A DNA stretch of 64,000 nt from a bacterium (GTDB taxonomy: Bacteria > RBG-13-61-14 > DATKZS01): contig CAXXFL010000006.1 in NCBI GenBank assembly GCA_963674965.2, forward strand, positions 800,001-864,000, in the 5' to 3' direction. A program made the translations under genes and the position numbers. The notes beneath the pieces were generated by a model. The model had not been told where the DNA came from. It made no database searches and saw nothing but the letters and a program-made list of their open reading frames with translations. Positions 49,626 through 59,120 of this stretch are shown here, in pieces. How positions within the stretch are numbered: the stretch's first letter is position 1; each line of letters starts with the position of its first letter.

Positions 49626-52600
49626 TTACTCCGGTGGAAGTGATATGACTCCAGGTCCATCTGGCCAACTAGTGATTATTACCTTTGATTCATCGCTGAC
49701 AATAACATATATTTTTTCAACACCATCTTTTGGAACGTCAAGAACATATTCAATGCATTTATTCCCTTTGTTAGCTATTCCCGGTACTTCAGTACCATGG
49801 TCGACAGCATGAATAACCCATTCTTCGACTTCATGTTCAGTCCAACTTGCAGGGAATATATCTGTTTTGAATTTTCCCTTGCGCCAAAGGCCCTTTATAT
49901 GCCTGCCTACTATATGAAACCAACCGAATTTTGTGTTGCCCCGTAATAACGTGTACCCCTTCATGGAAACCCTTCTGATAGTACCAGAATCACCAGGGAT
50001 AATTGGGTCTGTAACCACCCCTATGAAAATGAGCATCCATTCCCACGTTGCTAATTGCTCCCCAGTATCGGGGTCTACGCCTGAATATAAGGACTGAACA
50101 TCTCTCAGCATGAAAAACAAGGTTAATGTGGCAAGGCTTTCTCCCATCATTAACAAATAATTCGATACTGCCATGGCAGCCAAATAGACTCTCACGGCAA
50201 TATTTGTCATTATCTCAATCAGGCTGTAGCCGGAATAATCCACAAACTGCAAAGGATTGTTTGATGTATATAAATATTTGTGAATACTCTTGGGATCATA
50301 TTCTTTTCCTAAATAATCATCTTGAGATATAAACCTTCCGGAAAAGGCATCATATAACCTCGCTCTAAAATAGTAGTATCCCAAATTAAAATCATACGCT
50401 TCTCCCGTAAAAAGATGGGTAATTATAGTGCTTCCTGTCCTGTCGAGCATACTCCCGAACGCGAGAAAATTAATAGTGTCAGTCACCTCGCGCGATGCTG
50501 ACGTCAGCGCCCGGGTCGAGCCGAGACCGTCGTAATGGAGATAGGAGACCTCCTGCCTTCCCTGGCTGATTAAATCGTCGCCGAAAGTATAATTGACAAG
50601 CTCCACGCCATCACTTACTTCACGCAAAGCCTGCGAATAACCGGTCCGGTTGTTATTGTCGATAAGATAAACAACAGATTCCGAGTCCGTGACCTTGTGA
50701 ATTCTTTCTCCCCTGAAGTCGTATGAATAGGATGACTCCTCTTGGCCGTCCTTTTCGGCGACTGTCATTTTATTTTCGAGGTCCCATTCGTATTGCCACG
50801 TCTCGCCAGTCGAGGCTTTACCCGTCATGTTACCGTTGTCATCCCACGTATACGACGTAATTCCCGAGGTTTCCGATTCGGTAAGGAGACGGTCGTTGTC
50901 GTCGTAGGCGTATGTCGTCAATACTCCGCCGACGTTCATATCGAGACGGTTGCCAAAAGCGTCGTAATCATATTCGATCCAATACGCGTTGTTTCCCGTC
51001 CTGCTCTCGCGAGTCAAGCGGTATAGATCGTCGTACTCGTAATCGTTCACGTCGCCATTATTTTCCTTGATGGAGACACGATTTCCGGATGGTCCCAGCG
51101 TGTAGGAGTAACTTGAAATGACGCCTTCCGGCCCCGAGTTTTCGAGGTAGGTCAGGCGGTTCAACTCGTCGAACTCGTAAGTCGCCAGGGTCCCGTTCGG
51201 ATAGGCCATGCTCTTTCGATTGCCCGCGGCGTCGTAGGTATACTCCGTGATTCCGTGGTCGTCGGTGACGGTCGCGAGGCGGCCGAGCGCGTCGTGGGCG
51301 TAGGTCACCACGTGCCCGCCCGAGTAGGTCGTCTCGACGAGGCCCCCGGCGATGTCGTATTTATAGGCGATGTACTGGCCGTCCTCCTTGTCGTCGCGGA
51401 GGAGCTGCCCGGTGACGTCGTCGTAGGTGAAGACGCGGTCCCGATACGGCTCGCCCGCGCCGAACTCGTAGCCGGTATAAATCACGCGGACGAGCTGGCC
51501 CCGGCCGTTGTATTGGCGTCCGATGGCCTTGCCGTCCGGATAGGTCCGGAGGGTCTCGCGCTTCATCTCGTCGAACTCGTAATTGACGGTCCGGCCGTTG
51601 AAGTCGGTATGGGACGATGCCATGCAGCAGTCCCGATATTCCCACGTCTCGGCCATGCCCTCGGGCAGGGTCCGCGAGGTCTTGCGGCCAAGCTCGTCGT
51701 AGGTAAAGGAGGTGACGTGCCCGTTGGGATCGACGATCGAGAGGAGGTTCCCGCCCGCGTCGTAGGCATAGCGGGTCTCTCCCCCCTCGGCGTCGTCCAC
51801 GCCGATGAGGCTACCCATCTCGTCGTAAAGAAACTCGGTCCTCACGCCCGCCTGGTCCACCTCGGCCACCTTCCTCCCCAACTCGTCATACTCGACGCTC
51901 GAGCGCGTCCCGTCCGGATATACCGTCGCCGTCTTCCGACCCGCCGCGTCGTACTCGCTCTCCCAGCGGTTGTCGTTGGCGTCGATCATCGCGACCTGCC
52001 TCCCAAGCTCATCGTACTCGTACGAGGTCTCGTTGCCAAGGGCGTCGATGACTTTTTTCGTACGTCCCAAAACGTCGTACTCTCTCTGACTGACGCCGCC
52101 GCGAGGGTCCTTGCTTTGCACCACCCGGCCAAGGGCGTCGTAAGCGCTCGAGGTCTCGGCCCCGTTGGCGCGGACGCTCTTCACGGCCCGGCCAAGCGCG
52201 TCGTAGAACGTACGCGAAGCCTGACCGGTCTTGTCCACGCTCATGACCACTCGGCCCTCGATATCGTAGACCGTTTCCGTGTGCGTCCCGTCTGGAGACC
52301 ACTGCTCGATGGCGCGGCCCTGGTCGTCGTACACGGTGAGGGTCTCGGCGCCGTTCGAGTCGATGACCGAGGTCTGGAGGCCGGCGGCGTTGTACTTGTA
52401 GGCGGTGGTCCGTCCGAGGGGGTCGGTGGTGGAGATGAGCCGTCCTTTTTTGTCGTACTCGCTGGTGGTCGCGTATCCGCGCCGGTCGATGCTGGAGACG
52501 GCGTTGCCCATGGCGTCGTAGGCGGTGGAGGTCACGACCGTCGCGGGGTTTCCCAGGTAGTCGGTGACGGTCATGGAGGTGGACACCCGGTTTCCCTTGT

Positions 52601-55600
52601 CGTCGTAGACGTAGGAGGTGGTGTCGCCCAGGGCGTTGGTGGTAAGTACCATGTTGCCGCTCGAGTCGTATTCGTAGAGGGTTTCGCTCCCGAGCTTGTC
52701 CACGGACCGCGTCAGGTTTCCGCGCGAGTCGTACTCGCTTGAGCTTACGTGATCGAGGGGGTCGGTAGCGGTGAGGAGTTGGCCCCTCGAGTTGTAGGCG
52801 TAGGTCCAGACGTTGTCCATGGCGTCGGTCTTTGTAAGCATGTTGCCTTTGGAGTCGTAGGTCCAGGAGGTGGCGGCGCCGAGGGCGTCGGTCTCGCCGG
52901 TCTTGTTGCCGTCGCCGTCGTACTCGTACTCGGTCCGGTGGCCGAGGGCGTTGGTCTCGGAGACCACGTTGCCGGCGGAGTCGTACTCGTAGACCGTGAC
53001 GTTGCCGAGGCGGTCCTTGATTACCTCCTGGCGGGCGCCGGGCCGGTGGTCGAACTCGACGCGCTCCCCGTCCGGGTCCACCACGGCAATGAGACGTCCC
53101 GACTCGTCGTACTCGTTCCTGGTGGCGCGGACGCCGGTGGGCGCGACTATGTCGGTCAGGTAGTGTGCCGCATAGGCGAACCTGGTGACGGCGCCGTCCT
53201 GGAGGGTGGTGGAGACGAGGTCGCCGCTCGCGTCGTATCGATAGGTCACCTGGTTTCCGGCCGGGTCGGTCAGGGCGGTGACGCGGCCGCCATGGGCCAG
53301 GTCGCGGGTAAAGGTCACCTCCTCGATACAGTCCGAGCAGTTCCGGCCCCACTCGTCGCAGGTGGACATATCGCAGCCGTAATGCACGCCGCCGCCGTCA
53401 AAGACCAGGCGGTTGCCGTTCAAGTCCTCGACACCCGTCAGGGCGGGCGACTCCCAGGCGATGGGAGCGTCGGTGATGGGGTCGCGATCGGTAACCTCCT
53501 TGACTATATTGTACTTCGTGCCGTCCCTGGTGGTCAGGATATAGCCGGGCACGACCGACTCCTGGTAGGGCGTGCCGTAGGTTGAGTAATCGTGGAAGAA
53601 GCCGAGTATCTGTCCGTTGAGGTTGTCGTAGAGAACGCGGTTGTCCTCCGACATCTCGAGGGTGTCGAACACGCCGGGCGGCGCCTCCCACGCGGCCCGC
53701 AGGGTGACGGGGTTTTGCTGGGTCAGCTTGTAGTAGAAGGTCACGCGCCTTCCGTCGGGGAGGTTGACGGTGACGTTCCTCGCGGCGTCCTCCTTTAAGT
53801 CTATGTCGCGGAGGAACATCTTCCAGCCATGGCCGAAGTCTCCCGCCTCGTCCCTCTCGATGGAGGAGTAGGTCCTTCCCACGGTGATGGACAGGCCGCC
53901 GAGGGGCACGGTCAAGTCCTCGAAGGAGATGGTGAAGAGGCCGATCTTAAGCTGGCCCGTGACGATGAACTCGGACAAAAGCTCGGACTCCCGGCCCTCG
54001 GCGTCGATGGCCGAGAGGCGGAGGACGTAGAAGTCGTTCTTCATGTTGGTGGGATCGAGGGCGGCGACGGCCCGCTCGGCCACCGGCTCGTCCCCTCCCG
54101 AGGCCAACTCGATAAAGGCGTCGGGATCGTAGGCCCCGACCTCGTCCAGGGCCTGGTACTCGAGCTTCCACGAGACCAGGTCCAGGTCGTTGACGGTGGC
54201 GACGACGTCGGCGGGCGCGGTGATGGAGTCGCCGTCGCCGGGCGAATGTATGGCCAGCATGGGCGGCTGGTTTACGATCTCGATGAAGAAGCCTTCCGAG
54301 GCAACATAGGAGCCGGTGGAGAGGGACGCGACGTACTCGCCGTTGGGGGCGGCCTCGCCGGTATCGAGTTTTCCGTCCCACTCGAGAAGGGCCTCCGTGC
54401 CGACGCCGCTGAAGGTTTTGAGGACCGTGTTCCCCGAGGCCGTCTCGAGGGTGATGGTCCAGTTGGAATGAGCGGTTATCTTGCCGGAAACGGTAAGGGT
54501 ATCGCTAACGCCGTCGCCGTTGGGGCTTACGACCTTCGGGGTTACCGAGAAGGCGTAGAGGCGGTTGTCCGCGATGACGCTTATCGAGTCCTGGCCTTTC
54601 CTTCCCCGCTCGTCATAGGCGCGGGCGGCGATGGTGAGGGTCCCGTTGTCGTAGCGCTGGGTGTCCAGGTCGAGCGAGTACTGGCCGTTGCCCTGGCCGG
54701 TTACGGTCTCGACGACCCGGCCGTTCACGAGGAATTCCAGCTTGGCCACGTCCCAGTCGTCGTTGGCGTCCGCCGTTACCTGTATCTCGCCGCTTACCTC
54801 TTGTCCGTTCTGGGGGGCCGTTATCGCGACGACGGGGGCGGCCTGTCCCTGGTCCTCATTTTGCACCGTGACCGAGTCGCCGGAGATGAGGCCCACGGAG
54901 TCGGTGGCGGTCAGCTTGATCCGGCACGGTCCGGCCGGGTAAAGGGAGGAGTCCACGAGGGCCAGGGTGGCGTTGTCGGCCGGGCTGAGGCGGGCGTCGA
55001 GGTTTTGCCACGGGTCGCCGTTGCAGCTTATGTCGAGGGAGTAGCCCATGAAGTGCTCGTCCTTCGCCGTTCCGGCCACGGCGAACACGCGGTCCACGGT
55101 CTGGCCGCCGACGGGGCTGGATATGATGGCGGTCGGCGGCGTGGCGTCGATCTCGATCCGGGCGCTCGCGGGCAGGGCCGCGATGGTCTTGCCCGCGGCG
55201 ACGGCGTTGGCCGTGACGGTGTAGACCCCGTCGTCGGCGACGGCCATGCTCTCGTCGGTCCCGTCCCACTCGAGGTCTATGAGCCGTCCCCGGCCGGAGA
55301 ATTCCTTAATTGGGGCGTCGGAGTCGTCGGTGATGGTCACGGTCCAGTCGGACTCGCGGGAGATGCCGCCCGTGATCCTGGCGGTATCGAGCTTGCCGCC
55401 ACCGCCGGGGGAGATGACGGCGGGCGACGCCGAGAACTGGACAATATTGGCCCGGTTGCTCAGGACGTCGATCACGCCCGATATGGCGATACCCGAGGCG
55501 ATATAGGTGACCTTGTCCAGTTCCTCCTTGTCCCGGAACCAGTCGTCTATGGCGCTGATGGCGGGGGAGTAGGACCAGGCCGCGGAGGTGGTGACCTCCT

Positions 55601-58328
55601 GGGCCAGGGTCATCCATCCGATTACCGGCTCGAGTATCTCGAGGTATTTGGACGAGTCGCCGGGAGTTATGAGGTCGGTCACGGTAAGGAACGCCGCCGG
55701 TCTGATGCCCCCCGCCAGTCCGCCCTCCATGAAGTATCCCGAGCCGCCCGTTTGCGGGTCGTGCACGATATAGCTCGCGCCCTTGTACCCGGCGTACTCG
55801 ATCTCGGCCGCCGGCGCCGTGACGATCATGCCGGAGCTTGCCGCGTTGGCCGCCTTGATCCTGACCTCGGGGGGCAGCGCCGTCATTTGCAGCATCGCGT
55901 CCTCGAAGTTGTCCGGCGTAAGCGTGTGGACGGGAACGCCATTCTTGTTGGCCGCGAGCAGGAGGTTGAGGGAGGAGGCCGCGCTCGCTCCCAGCGTCTG
56001 GGTAAGAACGTTATGCTCGAAGGCGGCTGAGGTCAGCCCGGCGATGGTCATGAACTGTTTCTCGTCCACCCGGTCCCCATTTATGGACACGGGCACGATG
56101 GCGTTCCTGTCGATGGAGAGGGCGAAACGGTTGGCCCTGGCGGCGGTGGGAACGCCGAAGGTCAGGTCTCGGTCGAGTTCGTAGCCGATGGTCAGGGCCG
56201 AGGGATGGCGCGTGGCCTTGACCTGGAGGGAGGAGGAGGCGATTTGGAGCATCCGGTCCAGTTCCTGGAAATAGGCGAGGCCGACCGCCTGCAGCGTCTT
56301 GCCGAGGACGGCGTCGAGGTCGTCGATCGCGGGAGAGCCGGACAATTCCTTTTCCAGGAGCCTTAATTCCCCGAGCCTGGCGTGAAGGTTTTCGACCGAT
56401 ACTCCCTGCGCGTCGAAAACGACAGCCACGTAGGAGCCGGCCAGTATGGGCCTGACCGCGCTGGACGACTCCAAGCCGGGACCGTCAAAGGTGATGGAAA
56501 TCGCCTGGTCCGAGGCCATCTGAACGGGATTCTGGCCCGCGGCCACGACTTCTCCGTCGATCGACAACCTGGGCAACACGTTAATGAGATAGGCGGGGAC
56601 CTCGTCTTCCCCGGCGAACTGATTGAGGATCAACTCGTCCTCGACGCCGGCGGGGACGTAGGAGACGCTCGCTATTTGGCGGCCAAGTGTCATTATGTCG
56701 GCCTGATAGGACAATTCGATCGAGTCGTCTGGATTGACGATCTGGATAGTAACGAAGTGCTTGATATCCTGCCCCAGGGACGACGACTCGACGGGCTCGC
56801 CGATCACGTCGTAGGGAAGAGAAGACGGCAGGGCCTGGAGGCTTTGCTCGATTATTTCTTTTTTCTGATATAGGTCCTCTGGAGAGCGGCCGTTGGCGCC
56901 CGCGAAACGCTCGACCCGAGAGCCCCAGCCGTCGATCTTCTCGACGATGAAGTCCTCGGGCACGTTGGTGGCGTACGAGTTTGCCTCGTCAATCGAGGAA
57001 GCGTCCTTGATAGAGACTATAAAGGAATTGGCGTCCACGCCCAGGGACGTGGCCACGTCGATATGGACACCATACTCGTGGAGCTTGTAACTCGGGTCCA
57101 GGTCTATCCAGTCCGAGCCGGGCTCTCCCGCGTCGGCTCCCCTGTGGGTCGAGTAAGGGACAAAGGCCCGGACCCAGGTATGCTCGAACTCGATGAACCG
57201 GCCGTTGCCAACGTCCTTAAGCTCGGCTTGTATGCCGTTGTCTCTCAAAACGTTCACGGAGCTTTGCGGGTCCAGGGAGCCTATCCAGGACCCGACTTTG
57301 TCCGCCGGGACTCTTATAACTCCGCTTACGTAGCGAGAGGGTATGCCGGCCTCGCGGAGCATGGATATTAGCAATGAAGCCTGATCTACGTCGTTTCCGT
57401 ATCCTGAAAGGAGCGCTCCTTCATTGCCCTGAATCGAGCCGGTTGAGGGAGTAAACTCCACCCGGTTGCGGACGTATTCGTAAATCCTGACGGGGTTGTT
57501 TTGCAATTGCTCCACCAGGTTCCTTATCCCGCCCGTCCGCGCGGTCTCGGGCGTCGCGGCCAGGTCGTCCTCAACCGGAGGAGACGCCGCCAGAGCCTTT
57601 TCGCCCAGCAAGACGTCGGTTAATACCGATGCAAGCCTTACGCCGTCCCCGGGATGGGCAAGGCTTAACTCGGTCGTTTGATTTGTCGCCAATGAATAAC
57701 GCGGAATTTGAGTCGGCAGATTTCCAGACTCGTATTGATTATCTATTCTGGCGCGATCAAAATGAGTGACCGCCTCGATGAGCTTATTGCCTTGATTCAG
57801 TATCCGGTTACGATAGTGGTTCCTTAAAAGACCGCGCAGCCAGAAATCGTCGCCCTGAAGATTATTGTAGCTTTCCGCTAATTCCAAAAGTTTGGGAAGA
57901 GTTTTTTCAAGAACTTCCAAGTCGCTGAAAATTCCAAGCTTGGCCGCGTCATGTCGCTTCATGGCCAGGTCGGGTAATCGCTTCTCCTTTATCATCGCGT
58001 CCAGCCTCGATAGCTTGCCGGTTATTGCGGCCCGATGATCGCTCAGAACGCCAAGGGCGGCCTCGATATTCGAGACCTCACTATCCAGCCTCTCGCCCAG
58101 CGCCGCGTGTCTCTGGAGGGATTTTACAAGCCAGCCCACCTGACTGACGAAAAGCCTGGGATCGTCCTTTGAATAGTCCACTTCCACGACGTCGCGCATC
58201 CATGATGGGATATGCTCGATGGAGCCTCGGCGAGGCGGAATTAGAAAGTCATGAAAAACCAGCGCCGTGGATATGAAAATTAATACGGCTATAGCCAGAG
58301 GTTTATTTCTTACGATCCTTGTTATCAT
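49626..58328 (-). CDS. 2900-aa polymorphic toxin: N-terminal anchor/signal, transglutaminase-like domain, FlgD-Ig/Big domains, DUF6531-like entry, RHS/YD core, pre-toxin TG-like linker, EndoU/BECR-like nuclease tip
   Basis: GNDVDQASLL..LR..GIPSRYV, HTWV, WIDLDPS; RTYSS...GDFGHGW; long YD array; YYFRARLYD..SGRF, NPLQFVDYSG; GVDPDTGEQL; GWFHIVGRH...F...W...IITSWP. Confidence 0.92.
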   Translation of the reverse strand: MITRIVRNKPLAIAVLIFISTALVFHDFLIPPRRGSIEHIPSWMRDVVEVDYSKDDPRLFVSQVGWLVKSLQRHAALGERLDSEVSNIEAALGVLSDHRAAITGKLSRLDAMIKEKRLPDLAMKRHDAAKLGIFSDLEVLEKTLPKLLELAESYNNLQGDDFWLRGLLRNHYRNRILNQGNKLIEAVTHFDRARIDNQYESGNLPTQIPRYSLATNQTTELSLAHPGDGVRLASVLTDVLLGEKALAASPPVEDDLAATPETARTGGIRNLVEQLQNNPVRIYEYVRNRVEFTPSTGSIQGNEGALLSGYGNDVDQASLLISMLREAGIPSRYVSGVIRVPADKVGSWIGSLDPQSSVNVLRDNGIQAELKDVGNGRFIEFEHTWVRAFVPYSTHRGADAGEPGSDWIDLDPSYKLHEYGVHIDVATSLGVDANSFIVSIKDASSIDEANSYATNVPEDFIVEKIDGWGSRVERFAGANGRSPEDLYQKKEIIEQSLQALPSSLPYDVIGEPVESSSLGQDIKHFVTIQIVNPDDSIELSYQADIMTLGRQIASVSYVPAGVEDELILNQFAGEDEVPAYLINVLPRLSIDGEVVAAGQNPVQMASDQAISITFDGPGLESSSAVRPILAGSYVAVVFDAQGVSVENLHARLGELRLLEKELSGSPAIDDLDAVLGKTLQAVGLAYFQELDRMLQIASSSLQVKATRHPSALTIGYELDRDLTFGVPTAARANRFALSIDRNAIVPVSINGDRVDEKQFMTIAGLTSAAFEHNVLTQTLGASAASSLNLLLAANKNGVPVHTLTPDNFEDAMLQMTALPPEVRIKAANAASSGMIVTAPAAEIEYAGYKGASYIVHDPQTGGSGYFMEGGLAGGIRPAAFLTVTDLITPGDSSKYLEILEPVIGWMTLAQEVTTSAAWSYSPAISAIDDWFRDKEELDKVTYIASGIAISGVIDVLSNRANIVQFSASPAVISPGGGGKLDTARITGGISRESDWTVTITDDSDAPIKEFSGRGRLIDLEWDGTDESMAVADDGVYTVTANAVAAGKTIAALPASARIEIDATPPTAIISSPVGGQTVDRVFAVAGTAKDEHFMGYSLDISCNGDPWQNLDARLSPADNATLALVDSSLYPAGPCRIKLTATDSVGLISGDSVTVQNEDQGQAAPVVAITAPQNGQEVSGEIQVTADANDDWDVAKLEFLVNGRVVETVTGQGNGQYSLDLDTQRYDNGTLTIAARAYDERGRKGQDSISVIADNRLYAFSVTPKVVSPNGDGVSDTLTVSGKITAHSNWTITLETASGNTVLKTFSGVGTEALLEWDGKLDTGEAAPNGEYVASLSTGSYVASEGFFIEIVNQPPMLAIHSPGDGDSITAPADVVATVNDLDLVSWKLEYQALDEVGAYDPDAFIELASGGDEPVAERAVAALDPTNMKNDFYVLRLSAIDAEGRESELLSEFIVTGQLKIGLFTISFEDLTVPLGGLSITVGRTYSSIERDEAGDFGHGWKMFLRDIDLKEDAARNVTVNLPDGRRVTFYYKLTQQNPVTLRAAWEAPPGVFDTLEMSEDNRVLYDNLNGQILGFFHDYSTYGTPYQESVVPGYILTTRDGTKYNIVKEVTDRDPITDAPIAWESPALTGVEDLNGNRLVFDGGGVHYGCDMSTCDEWGRNCSDCIEEVTFTRDLAHGGRVTALTDPAGNQVTYRYDASGDLVSTTLQDGAVTRFAYAAHYLTDIVAPTGVRATRNEYDESGRLIAVVDPDGERVEFDHRPGARQEVIKDRLGNVTVYEYDSAGNVVSETNALGHRTEYEYDGDGNKTGETDALGAATSWTYDSKGNMLTKTDAMDNVWTYAYNSRGQLLTATDPLDHVSSSEYDSRGNLTRSVDKLGSETLYEYDSSGNMVLTTNALGDTTSYVYDDKGNRVSTSMTVTDYLGNPATVVTSTAYDAMGNAVSSIDRRGYATTSEYDKKGRLISTTDPLGRTTAYKYNAAGLQTSVIDSNGAETLTVYDDQGRAIEQWSPDGTHTETVYDIEGRVVMSVDKTGQASRTFYDALGRAVKSVRANGAETSSAYDALGRVVQSKDPRGGVSQREYDVLGRTKKVIDALGNETSYEYDELGRQVAMIDANDNRWESEYDAAGRKTATVYPDGTRSSVEYDELGRKVAEVDQAGVRTEFLYDEMGSLIGVDDAEGGETRYAYDAGGNLLSIVDPNGHVTSFTYDELGRKTSRTLPEGMAETWEYRDCCMASSHTDFNGRTVNYEFDEMKRETLRTYPDGKAIGRQYNGRGQLVRVIYTGYEFGAGEPYRDRVFTYDDVTGQLLRDDKEDGQYIAYKYDIAGGLVETTYSGGHVVTYAHDALGRLATVTDDHGITEYTYDAAGNRKSMAYPNGTLATYEFDELNRLTYLENSGPEGVISSYSYTLGPSGNRVSIKENNGDVNDYEYDDLYRLTRESRTGNNAYWIEYDYDAFGNRLDMNVGGVLTTYAYDDNDRLLTESETSGITSYTWDDNGNMTGKASTGETWQYEWDLENKMTVAEKDGQEESSYSYDFRGERIHKVTDSESVVYLIDNNNRTGYSQALREVSDGVELVNYTFGDDLISQGRQEVSYLHYDGLGSTRALTSASREVTDTINFLAFGSMLDRTGSTIITHLFTGEAYDFNLGYYYFRARLYDAFSGRFISQDDYLGKEYDPKSIHKYLYTSNNPLQFVDYSGYSLIEIMTNIAVRVYLAAMAVSNYLLMMGESLATLTLFFMLRDVQSLYSGVDPDTGEQLATWEWMLIFIGVVTDPIIPGDSGTIRRVSMKGYTLLRGNTKFGWFHIVGRHIKGLWRKGKFKTDIFPASWTEHEVEEWVIHAVDHGTEVPGIANKGNKCIEYVLDVPKDGVEKIYVIVSDESKVIITSWPDGPGVISLPPE

Positions 58329-58756
58329 GGTCCATCCTCTTTTAGATTTCTATACTTGCGACTAAAGGAATAAATCTTCCCGAATTCCGCCAAATTCCAT
58401 AATGGCTATTCTTTCCCTGGCGACTGAAAGGAACAAGACAATTGTTGATCCTTACATTATCCCTTCTGGCCGTTTGCCGGGCCTATAACGGCACTTGAGA
58501 ATCGATAATTTCGTTTTACTCGCCGGCTACTCCCCATGCGAAGCCGACGAAACTGGATTATTCAATTGAACTCTGTAAAGCAAGGATCAAGAACGTGGAG
58601 GCAAGAGTTGATCGTACCCTGATGGCTCAATAATAGAGTGATAACCAAAGAGGCCGTTAATTCCCTCGCCGTTTTCACCCGTTGCTCCATTCATTAATCC
58701 CTTTCTGGATTTTGCTCATAGAGTCCGCCTAATTCGATAAATACAAGAAAACGCTA

Positions 58757-59120
58757 CTACACTCGCGTTGGATATTCAAGCGTTTTATGGAAATTTTTTT
58801 GTTTTCTCATATTTCCATTTAATTTTAAGCACTTGGATATTACGGGAAGTGAGTCGATGATAAAAGGGATGTGTGGTCCGCGGACGAAAAGGGGCATAAG
58901 TTGATATTTCACTTGGTTCGCTTTTTCCTCCCACATGTCCGCGGGAATATTCCCGTCGTTCTCCAAAAGGATTTCATTCAATTCTTCCCAAGTGCAAAGT
59001 GGGACGGCGGTATTGGTTAGGATGTCCAGCCCAAGTAAAGTCTTCATTAATTATAAGAAGGTTATCCTGTTCTGTGTCGGAAGTTAAAGACTTCAACTTC
59101 TTACTATCATCCTTGCTCAT
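58757..59120 (-). pseudogene. Probable frameshifted or truncated small gene after the DUF499 ATPase
   Basis: TGATG-coupled start at 59120 (MSKDDSKK...) stops after 48 codons; protein-like sequence continues in another frame (VPLCTWEELNEILLEN...). Confidence 0.35.

Noticed and set aside
49626-50400. Hint/intein pre-toxin domain in the RHS C-terminus
   Set aside because: No CF..GT or terminal HN motifs.
25305-57681. Long plus-strand ORFs (e.g. 53829..56030, 51255..52742, 39648..41063, 43194..44549)
   Set aside because: Antisense shadows from high-GC codon bias in the giant and RHS genes; no recognisable motifs.
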